Assembly (NCBI GenBank): GCA_963702425.1
Contig: CAVPCQ010000006.1
Coordinates: 160,001-224,000, forward strand
Reading direction: 5' to 3'
Length of the DNA: 64,000 bases
From: an uncultured Acidobacteriota bacterium
GTDB lineage: Bacteria; Acidobacteriota; Polarisedimenticolia; J045
Of this stretch, positions 20,206 through 28,168 are shown one piece after another. Both the position numbers and the translations under genes were made by a program. Every line of letters starts with the position of its first letter. The stretch's first letter is position 1. The notes beneath the pieces are model-generated. The model saw only the letters and a program-made list of their open reading frames with translations. It did no database searches and was not told the origin of the DNA.

Positions 20206-20961
20206 ATGATCATCGCGATCACGAACCAGAAAGGCGGTGTCGGGAAGACGACCACCGCAATCAACCTCGCCGCCGCACTCGCTCAGAAGGGCTCGAGCAC
20301 GCTCCTGATCGACCTCGATCCGCAGGGCAACGCGACGCTTTCCTTCATTGATCTGAGCGCGATCGGGCGGTCGATGTACGAGGTCTTCGTCGATCCGGCG
20401 CTCGCCCTTCTGGACGTCGTCGTCCCAGCGCAGCAAGCGAATCTCTCGGTCGCCCCGGCGAGACTGTCCCTGGCGAAGGTCGAGCCGTCCCTGGCCGGGC
20501 AGCTCGATGCGCATTTCCGGCTGAAGGACAAGATCGGCCCGGCCCAGGCCGCCTACGATTTCATCGTCATCGATACGCCTCCGACACTCGGCATGCTGAC
20601 GGTCAACGCGATGATCGCGGCGACCCACCTTCTGGTCCCGATTCAGCCCTCCTACTTCGCGCTGGAAGGGACCGACGACCTGGTCGAGACGTACGAGCGG
20701 ATCCGGGTCCGAGCCAACCCCGACCTGCAGTTCCTGGGAGTCGTGCTGACGATGTACGACCGGCGTACGATCCTGGCGCGCGACATCGAGCGGCAGATCG
20801 GCGAGGTCTTCAAAGAGAAGTTGTTCCAGACCCGCATCAGCAAGAGCGTCCGGCTCGAGGAATCACCCGCCTACAAGGAGTCGATTTTCACGTTCGCGCC
20901 CTCGTCGAAGGGAGCGGAGGAGTACTATCGGCTTTCCGAGGAGGTACTGAAGCGTGGCTAA
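20206..20961 (+). CDS. parA: ParA/Soj-family ATPase
   Basis: NQKGGVGKTTT deviant Walker A, DLDPQGN and DTPP. Confidence 0.93.
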   Translation: MIIAITNQKGGVGKTTTAINLAAALAQKGSSTLLIDLDPQGNATLSFIDLSAIGRSMYEVFVDPALALLDVVVPAQQANLSVAPARLSLAKVEPSLAGQLDAHFRLKDKIGPAQAAYDFIVIDTPPTLGMLTVNAMIAATHLLVPIQPSYFALEGTDDLVETYERIRVRANPDLQFLGVVLTMYDRRTILARDIERQIGEVFKEKLFQTRISKSVRLEESPAYKESIFTFAPSSKGAEEYYRLSEEVLKRG

Positions 20962-21916
20962 GGGAAGGGGACTGCCTCCCGACGTAAGAACCCGGGCGGA
21001 CGCGCACTACGTGGACGCGATCACGTCCGGGCGGATGGGCTCGGTCGGGCGAATGATCGACATCGAGCGCCTGGTGCCAAACCCGACCCAGCCTCGCAAG
21101 AGCCTGCGGGACATCGATGCGCTCGCCGAGTCGGTCCGGGAGCGTGGAATCCTCGAGCCGATCCTGGTCCGTCCTACGGAGGACGGCCGTTTCCAGATCA
21201 TCGCCGGCGAGCGGCGGTTTCATGCAGCCAAGCAGGTCGGCTTGACGATGGTGCCGTGCGTGGAGCTCGACGTCGACGAGCGGGGCTGCCTCGAGATCAG
21301 CCTGATTGAGAACCTCCAGCGGCGGGACCTGACGCCGTTCGAAGAAGCCGAGGCGATCGCGAGGCTCGTTGAGGACTTCCAGTACACACACGAGCAGATC
21401 GCCCGGAAGCTGGGGCGATCGCGCAGTTCGGTGACCGAGCTGCTGAGCCTCAACCGGATGCCCGAGTCGGTGAAAGAAGCATGTCGGCGCGCCGACATCA
21501 TGACGCGGACCGTCCTGATGGAGATCGTTCGCCAGGAGTCTGAGGAGGACATGCTGGCACTGGTGGACGCGGTCTTGTCCGGGAGCTTGACCCGGGATGA
21601 AGTGCGGGAGCTGAAGCGGAACCCGGGGGCCAGCGCGCCAGCCCGAGACGATGCGCGCGGACGTCCCTATGTGTTCCGCTACCGCCCGCCGAACCGCGAC
21701 TTTCAGTTGAGCCTCCGGTTTGAGCGCGAGGTCGTCGAGCCGAGGGAGCTGCTCGATATCCTGGAGCAGATCGTTTCTGACCTGAAGTCCCAGGTCGCCG
21801 ACGAGCGGCCCAGGGTCTCGACACCGCGTCCGGCCAGCATTTCCAACGAAGACGCGGGCGGGGCTGCGGCGAGCGGGAGAGGTCGCGTGTCGGTCGGTCC
21901 CGAGACCTCCCACTAG
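20954..21916 (+). CDS. parB: ParB/Spo0J-family CTPase, non-canonical paralog
   Basis: NPTQPRK, IIAGERR, ENLQRRDL and HTH (THEQIARKLGRSRSSVTELL). Confidence 0.88.
   Translation: MAKGRGLPPDVRTRADAHYVDAITSGRMGSVGRMIDIERLVPNPTQPRKSLRDIDALAESVRERGILEPILVRPTEDGRFQIIAGERRFHAAKQVGLTMVPCVELDVDERGCLEISLIENLQRRDLTPFEEAEAIARLVEDFQYTHEQIARKLGRSRSSVTELLSLNRMPESVKEACRRADIMTRTVLMEIVRQESEEDMLALVDAVLSGSLTRDEVRELKRNPGASAPARDDARGRPYVFRYRPPNRDFQLSLRFEREVVEPRELLDILEQIVSDLKSQVADERPRVSTPRPASISNEDAGGAAASGRGRVSVGPETSH
21481..21498. promoter_or_regulatory. Perfect 18-bp palindrome inside parB, candidate parS-like site
   Basis: ATGTCGGCGCGCCGACAT. Confidence 0.5.
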
Positions 21917-21973
21917 GATCGGTTCAGAAGGAGGGACGAAGCGTCGTCACCCTTCTCTTTGCTGGCTTTCATT

Positions 21974-22001
21974 ATTTGACATAATCATCATTATCGGACA
22001 T
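21974..22001 (-). other. dif: dif-like XerC/XerD recombination site
   Basis: Minus strand ATGTCCGATAA-TGATGA-TTATGTCAAAT, 11-6-11 layout; XerD arm matches E. coli TTATGTTAAAT at 10/11; lies in an AT-rich intergenic patch. Confidence 0.85.
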
Positions 22002-22060
22002 TGTGGAAAACGGTGCAGGGCGGTGACCTGCGGTAGAATCCGGGTCCCCCGAGGCATGCG

Positions 22061-24499
22061 ATGAGGCTCTGGACGCGGCTCGACCGCTACGTGACCCGCG
22101 AACTCGGGCCGCCGCTCCTACTCGGCTTCGCCGGTTTTACCCTGGTCCTTCTGCTGCAGGCGCTCTTCATGATCGCCCGCCAGACGATCGAGAAACGCGT
22201 CCCGTTCAGCCTGCTTCTGGGCTTCGTCGTGGCCGAGTTGCCCCGGCTCTTCGCCTTCACGATCCCGATGGCGATCCTGCTGGCGGTCCTGGTGGGGATC
22301 GGCCGGATGGCATCCCAGGGCGAGATCACGGCCCTCCGGGCGGCGGGCGTCGGCCCGTCGCGGATCCTCCGCCCGGTCCTCGCCGTCGCTTCGCTCCTCG
22401 TGCTGCTCTCCCTCGCGAACGCCCACTATCTCGTGCCGATGGGCCAGATGAAGCGCCGCGCCCTCGTCCAGGAGATCGTCCGCGCCCGGGACCTCTCCCG
22501 CGAAACCGAACCGGGGGTCTTCTATCGCGGCCTCCCCGGGGCCGTGCTCTACGTCCGCTCCGTCTCCCAGTCGACCGAGGGGCCCGTCTTCGAAGGCGTC
22601 CTCCTCCAGCGACAGACCAACGAGTCGTCCGACTTGATCGTCGCCCGCCGGGGCCGGCCGATCTTCGACCGTGAATCCGGGCGGATCAGCTTCCTCCTCG
22701 ACGACGGCGAATGGCACATGTCCCGCCCCGACCGACCAACGACCTACAGCCGGGTGCGATTCGAACGTCACACGCTCACTTTCCCGCCCGACCCGGCTTT
22801 CCGCGCTTTCACCCGCTCGCGCTTCGAGGACCCGGGCACGCTCGCCGGGCCCCAGCTCTACGAGCAGGTGCGGGAGCTCGACGCCCGGGCCGCCGCGGCG
22901 ACCGAGACGGGCGCGCGGATCGCCGCAGAGCGCAAGGGACGGCTGACTCGGATCGAGTGGCAGCGTCGCTGGGCTATCCCGCTCGCGTGCCTCGCGCTGG
23001 CCTTCGCCGCTTTCCCCCTCGCGATGCGTCACCGCCGCGGCGGCATGTTCGCTGGACTTTCGCAGACCATGATCGTTATCTTCTTCTACTACCTCGTGTT
23101 ATCGACCGGACAGGGGTTCGCGGAACAAGGCACCTGGCCCCCGTGGCTCGCGGCCTGGATACCAGACATCGTTGCCGTCGGATTCGGACTTCTCGCGTGG
23201 CGTGTCGCGGCACGGCCGGAGCGGACCCGCTCACTGGCCGGAGCCCTTGCAGACCTATTCAGACGCCGCCCCAGGGAGACCCGTCTCCCGGGCGCCGTCG
23301 AGGCCACGAAGGCGGCCTCGGGGCCGCAGAGTCCTCCCCCGCCCGCCCCCGAACGGGCGACCGCTCCGCCCCGGCGTCGCCCGCGCTTCGGGCTTCAGAC
23401 CATCGACCTCTACCTCGCGGGCAGCTTCCTCCGCATGACCGCCGCGGTCCTGTTCGTGCTGCTCGTCCTGGCGCTGGCGATCGAGTTCAAGGGAGCGGTG
23501 GACAACGTGCCCGACGACGCCAAGGACTTCCCCTGGCGCTCCGTCCTGGCCTACGTCTTGCTCTCGATCCCCGGCCAGCTCCGCCTCATGGTCCCGATTG
23601 CGGCCCTCGTCGGGGTCTCGATCGCCCTCTCAGCCCTGGCGCGCGCCAACGAGCTGATCGCCATGAAGGCCTCGGGAATCGGTCCGGTCCGGATTGCGGT
23701 TCCGATGGTGGTTGCGGCGGCCGGGATCTCGCTGCTGCTGGTCGCGGTCCAGGAGCGCATCATCCCCGCCGCGGAACGCGAATCGCGCGCGGAACTCGAC
23801 CGGATCGCCGGCAAGTCGAGCGCCCGCGAGGCCGACGGAGGGCGGCGGTGGATCGTCGGCCATGACGATCGTCTGTGGGCGTATCTCGATGTCCCCGCGG
23901 GAAGCGCGGCCCTGGTCGAGCCCGGCGTGGTGGCCGTCGACTGGCCCAACGCGAGAATCCTCGAGCGAATTGAAGCCCGCGAGGCGAACTACGCCGACGG
24001 AACCTGGGACTTCCTCCAGGGCTGGCGCCGCTCGTTCGATGCTCAGGGCGCCGAGAGCTACGAAGCCTACCCGCGCTGGCGCTCCCGCGACACCGAGTCG
24101 CCCGAGCTCTTCGGAGCGGTTCGGAGCGGGATCGTCTTCGGACGCCGGATCGCCGACCAGATGAGCTTCCAGGAGCTTCGCAGCCATCTCCGCCGGATGG
24201 CCAACGCGGGCTACGACGCCGCACCGCTGCTCGTCGGCCTCAACGAGAAGCTCGTGATGCCGTTGCTCCCGATCGTCCTGGTGCTCGTCGCGATCCCGCT
24301 GACGGTATCCGGCTGGTCGCGGCGCGGCTCTCTGGCCGGGTTCGGCTACGCGCTCGTCATCGTCTTCGTCTTCTGGGTGATGTGGGCCGTTTCGACTTCG
24401 CTCGGGAGTGAATCGATCATCGACCCCGTGCTGGCGGTCTGGAGCCCCCCGATCCTGGTCGGCGTGTTCGGGATCTGGCTGCTCGGTCGCGCCCGTTGA
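22061..24499 (+). CDS. Fused LptF-LptG LPS export permease
   Basis: Two tandem YjgP/YjgQ units (LDRYV..GEITALRAAG; IDLYL..NELIAMKASG) joined by a Pro-rich linker. Confidence 0.88.
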   Translation: MRLWTRLDRYVTRELGPPLLLGFAGFTLVLLLQALFMIARQTIEKRVPFSLLLGFVVAELPRLFAFTIPMAILLAVLVGIGRMASQGEITALRAAGVGPSRILRPVLAVASLLVLLSLANAHYLVPMGQMKRRALVQEIVRARDLSRETEPGVFYRGLPGAVLYVRSVSQSTEGPVFEGVLLQRQTNESSDLIVARRGRPIFDRESGRISFLLDDGEWHMSRPDRPTTYSRVRFERHTLTFPPDPAFRAFTRSRFEDPGTLAGPQLYEQVRELDARAAAATETGARIAAERKGRLTRIEWQRRWAIPLACLALAFAAFPLAMRHRRGGMFAGLSQTMIVIFFYYLVLSTGQGFAEQGTWPPWLAAWIPDIVAVGFGLLAWRVAARPERTRSLAGALADLFRRRPRETRLPGAVEATKAASGPQSPPPPAPERATAPPRRRPRFGLQTIDLYLAGSFLRMTAAVLFVLLVLALAIEFKGAVDNVPDDAKDFPWRSVLAYVLLSIPGQLRLMVPIAALVGVSIALSALARANELIAMKASGIGPVRIAVPMVVAAAGISLLLVAVQERIIPAAERESRAELDRIAGKSSAREADGGRRWIVGHDDRLWAYLDVPAGSAALVEPGVVAVDWPNARILERIEAREANYADGTWDFLQGWRRSFDAQGAESYEAYPRWRSRDTESPELFGAVRSGIVFGRRIADQMSFQELRSHLRRMANAGYDAAPLLVGLNEKLVMPLLPIVLVLVAIPLTVSGWSRRGSLAGFGYALVIVFVFWVMWAVSTSLGSESIIDPVLAVWSPPILVGVFGIWLLGRAR

Positions 24500-24505
24500 A
24501 CGGAT

Positions 24506-27500
24506 CTAGGGCCGGCCGTAACGCGCCCCGTGGGGCCCGAGCAACTCCTCCAGTGCAGCGACCAGGGGGCGTCCGGCGCGGACCCGGCGGTGCTCGTCGG
24601 CCTGTAGCACGACGCGGTAGGCGCCCGGCCGGATGACTTCGAAGAAGACCGGCACCGGCCCCGGGTGGTCGGCCAGGATCTCGTTCACGCGCCGGAGCCG
24701 GTCGTCGCCGACGAGCGCGGCATCGATCCGGATCGTGAAGGCCTCGATCGGCCGCAGGGTCGCTGTGTCGAGCGGGACCACCCCCTCGGCGAGCAGCCGG
24801 ACGGGCCCCTCCTCCCCGTCCGCCCGCCCGCGCACCACCACCGCCCGTTCGTCGGCCAGGGCCTCGCTGACGTCGCGGTAGAGCTTCGGGAAGACGACGA
24901 CCTCCACGCTCCCCGTCATGTCCTCGAGGTGGAAGGTCGCCATCCAGTCGCCCTTGTTGGTGCGCTTGCGCTTGAGCCCGGCGATCAGGCCGCCGACGGT
25001 CACCTCGCCGCCGCCGCGCAGCGCGGAGACGGTGTGCGTCGCGACCTCCTCCAGCCGCTCGCGCAGCGCGTCGAGCGGGTGTCCCGAGAGGTAGAAGCCG
25101 AGCGCCTCCTTCTCCCCGGCAAGCCGGTCGCGGTCGGGCCACGGCGGCACCTCCGGCAGCCTCGAGGCCGACGTCGGCGCCAGCGGCTCGTCGCCGCCGA
25201 ACAGGGAGTGCTGCCCGGTCGACCGCGCGGCCGCGACCCGCGCGGCGCGCTCCATCGCGGCCTCGACGGCGGCGAAGAGCCGCGACCGCTCGCCGAGCGC
25301 GTCGAGCGCGCCCGACTTGATCAGCGCCTCGAGCGCGCGCCGGTTCAGCAGGCGCCGGTCGACCTCCAGGCCGAGCTCGTCCAGGCTGGAGAAGCTCCCC
25401 AGTCGCCCGCGGGCCTCGAGGATCGCGTCGACGGTTCCCTCCCCCACGCCCCGCAGCGCGGCCATCCCGAACCGCACCGCCTCCCCCTCGACCTCGAAGT
25501 AGCGCCCCGAGCGGTTGACGTCGGGCGGAAGGACCGGGATGCCCATCTCACGGCACTCGCCGAGGTACTCGACCAGCTTGTCGGTGTTGTCCTTCTCCGT
25601 GGTCAGGAGCGCCGCCATGAACGCCACCGGGTCATGGGCCTTCAGGTACGCCGTCTGGAAGGCAACCAGCGCGTAGGCTGCCGAGTGCGATTTGTTGAAG
25701 CCATAGCCCGCGAAGTGCTGCATCAGGTCGAAGACGTGCGCGGCGTCATCCGTCCGGACGCCCTTCCCCCCCGCCCCCTGGACGAACCCCTCGCGCTCCG
25801 ACGCCATCGCCTCGGCCTTCTTCTTGCCCATCGCGCGCCGCAGCTGGTCGGCCTGTCCCAGCGAATACCCGCCCAGGACCGAGGCGCACTGCATTACCTG
25901 TTCCTGGTAGACCATCACGCCGTAGGTCGGCTTCAGGATCGGCTCGAGCAACGGGTGCGGATAGGCCACCTTGACCCGGCCGTGACGCCGCTGGATGAAA
26001 TCGTCGATCATCCCGGCCCCGAGCGGCCCGGGGCGGTAGAGCGCGTTCAGCGCGATCAGGTCGTCGAAGCGCTCCGGCTGCATCCGGCGCAGGATGTCGC
26101 GCATCCCCGATGATTCGAACTGGAACACGCCCGCGGTGTGCGCCGCGCGAAACAGCGCGAAAGTCTTGGGGTCGTCGAGCGGCAGGTGGTCCACGTCGGG
26201 GGGCGTGCGGCCAGTCTTCGCGATCAGCGCCACGCAGTCGGCGATGAGCGTCAACGTCTTCAGGCCGAGGAAGTCCATCTTGAGCAGGCCGACGGCCTCG
26301 ATCTCGTCCTTCGCCCACTGGGTGGTGATCTCGTCGCGGTTCGACTGCGTCGACAGTGGTGCGAACTCCACGACCGGACGCGGCGTGATGACGACTCCGG
26401 CCGCGTGGGTGCTGGCGTGCCGCGACAGCCCCTCGATCCGCAGCGCAATGTCGAGCAGCTCCTTCTCCCGGCCTTCACCCTCCTGCAGCAGCTTGAGCCC
26501 CGGCACCTCGCGGATCGCGTCCTCGAGCCGCTTGCCGAGCTCGTCGGGCACCAGCTTCGCGATCCGGTCGGCGTCCGCGTACGGGAAGCCCAGCACGCGG
26601 GCCGCGTCGCGGATCGCGGCCTTGGCGGCCATCGTGCCGAAAGTGATGATCTGGGCCACGTTCTCGCGGCCGTACTTGCCGCGGACGTAGTCGATCACCT
26701 CCTCGCGGCGGCGGAAGCAGAAATCGATGTCGATGTCCGGCATCGACACGCGCTCGGGGTTCAGGAAGCGCTCGAACAGCAGGTCGTACTGCAGCGGATC
26801 GATGTCGGTGATTCGCAGGCAGAACGCCACCAGCGACCCGGCCGCCGAGCCGCGTCCGGGGCCGACCGGGATCCCCTGCTCGCGGGCATGCCGGATGAAG
26901 TCCCAGGTGACGAGGAAATAGCCGGCGAACCCCATCTGGACGATCGTGCCCATCTCCCAGGCCAGCCGCTTCTCGTACTCCTCGAGCGGGTGCCGCAGCA
27001 GCCCCGCCTGCTCCGCCGCGTGCCAGCCCGGCCGCCGCGCCTCGAACCCGCGCCGCACCTCGGCCCGGAAGGCGCTCTCGAGCGTCTCGCCGGGCGGGAC
27101 CGGGAAGTCCGGCACGAGCGTGCGTCCCAGATCGAGCTTGACGTCGCAGCGTTCGGCGACTTCCAGCGTGTTCTCCAGCGCGTCCGGCCGCCAGGCGAAG
27201 CACTCTCCCATCTCGTCGGCGGTCTTGAAGTAGTGCTCGGTCGTGTAGTGCATGCGGTCGGTATCGTCGCGCTTCTTGCCCGTGCCGATGCAGACCAGGA
27301 CGTCGTGCGCCGCGTGATCCTCGCGCTGCAGGAAGTGCGTGTCGTTGGTCGCGACCAGCGGGAGTCCGGTCTCCTCGTGCAGTCTGACCAGCCCCTCGTT
27401 GACGATCTTCTCCTCGGGGATCCCCTGGTCCTGCAGCTCGAGGTAGACGTTCTCGGGGCCGAAGATCCCCACCAGTTCGTCCAGCGCCTCGCGGGCGCGG

Positions 27501-27964
27501 GCGTGGTCGCGCTGCCGCAGGTAAGTCGGGACCTCGGCCGCCAGGCACCCCGAGAGCGCGATGATCCCCTCGGCGTGCTCGCGCAGCAGCTCCTTGTCGA
27601 CGCGCGGGCGGTAGTAGTACCCCTCGAGGTAGCCGAGCGTCGAGAGCCGGGTGAGGTTGGAGAAGCCGGTCGAGGTCGCGGCGAGCAGGGTGAGGTGGTA
27701 GTAGGGCTTGCGCCCCGGACCGCCCGGCGAGCGGTCGAAACGGCTGCCCGGCGCAACGTAGACCTCGCAGCCGAGGATCGGTTTGATTCCGGCCTTCAGC
27801 GCCGCCTGGTAGAACTTGATCGCGCCGTGCAGGTTGCCGTGATCCGTCATCGCGACGGCCGGCATGCCCAGTTCCTTGGCCCGTGCCACGAGCCGTCCGA
27901 CGGGCTGGGCCCCGTCGAGCAGGCTGAACTCGGTGTGGTTGTGCAGGTGGACGAAGGAACTCAC
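24506..27964 (-). CDS. dnaE: DNA polymerase III alpha subunit
   Basis: FVHLHNHTEFSLLDG PHP domain, PDIDIDF, YGFNKSH and OB fold; GTG start at 27964. Confidence 0.97.
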   Translation of the reverse strand: MSSFVHLHNHTEFSLLDGAQPVGRLVARAKELGMPAVAMTDHGNLHGAIKFYQAALKAGIKPILGCEVYVAPGSRFDRSPGGPGRKPYYHLTLLAATSTGFSNLTRLSTLGYLEGYYYRPRVDKELLREHAEGIIALSGCLAAEVPTYLRQRDHARAREALDELVGIFGPENVYLELQDQGIPEEKIVNEGLVRLHEETGLPLVATNDTHFLQREDHAAHDVLVCIGTGKKRDDTDRMHYTTEHYFKTADEMGECFAWRPDALENTLEVAERCDVKLDLGRTLVPDFPVPPGETLESAFRAEVRRGFEARRPGWHAAEQAGLLRHPLEEYEKRLAWEMGTIVQMGFAGYFLVTWDFIRHAREQGIPVGPGRGSAAGSLVAFCLRITDIDPLQYDLLFERFLNPERVSMPDIDIDFCFRRREEVIDYVRGKYGRENVAQIITFGTMAAKAAIRDAARVLGFPYADADRIAKLVPDELGKRLEDAIREVPGLKLLQEGEGREKELLDIALRIEGLSRHASTHAAGVVITPRPVVEFAPLSTQSNRDEITTQWAKDEIEAVGLLKMDFLGLKTLTLIADCVALIAKTGRTPPDVDHLPLDDPKTFALFRAAHTAGVFQFESSGMRDILRRMQPERFDDLIALNALYRPGPLGAGMIDDFIQRRHGRVKVAYPHPLLEPILKPTYGVMVYQEQVMQCASVLGGYSLGQADQLRRAMGKKKAEAMASEREGFVQGAGGKGVRTDDAAHVFDLMQHFAGYGFNKSHSAAYALVAFQTAYLKAHDPVAFMAALLTTEKDNTDKLVEYLGECREMGIPVLPPDVNRSGRYFEVEGEAVRFGMAALRGVGEGTVDAILEARGRLGSFSSLDELGLEVDRRLLNRRALEALIKSGALDALGERSRLFAAVEAAMERAARVAAARSTGQHSLFGGDEPLAPTSASRLPEVPPWPDRDRLAGEKEALGFYLSGHPLDALRERLEEVATHTVSALRGGGEVTVGGLIAGLKRKRTNKGDWMATFHLEDMTGSVEVVVFPKLYRDVSEALADERAVVVRGRADGEEGPVRLLAEGVVPLDTATLRPIEAFTIRIDAALVGDDRLRRVNEILADHPGPVPVFFEVIRPGAYRVVLQADEHRRVRAGRPLVAALEELLGPHGARYGRP

Positions 27965-27988
27965 GGCGCTCTTCCTGAAGTCTTGACT

Positions 27989-28168
27989 GTAGGGCCGCCC
28001 TCTGTGCCGCCGCTCGGGCCGGCACGGAGGCCGGCCCCTACATCCGTCTGCCGCGGCGGCCGGCCTCGTGCACCTCGGGCGCAGGCCGCTACTCCGGGCC
28101 TCGGCACGGAGGCCGGCCCCTACATCCGTCTTGCACGACCGCGGGCCGGCACAGAGGCCGGCCCCTAC
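27989..28168. repeat. Cluster of GTAG-type REP-like palindromic elements
   Basis: Three to four copies of GTAGGGGCCGGCCTC(C/T)GTGCCGGCCCG in both orientations, some degenerate. Confidence 0.85.

Noticed and set aside
20238-20253. Second parS-like site in parA (TGTCGGGAAGACGACC)
   Set aside because: Two mismatches to the palindrome arms and explained by Walker A coding (GVGKTT).
20206-22001. Plasmid or prophage integrated at dif carrying parAB
   Set aside because: No integrase, rep or phage genes and no second att-like copy were seen; both flanks are core genes. Slightly lower GC alone is insufficient.
20011-22060. oriC next to parAB
   Set aside because: Only one DnaA-box-like 9-mer, no dnaA or gidAB, no canonical parS, convergent gene orientation and a strong dif match.
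27989-28168. Possible mini CRISPR array
   Set aside because: Copies occur in both orientations with irregular spacing, start with GTAG and have no cas genes nearby, which fits REP elements.
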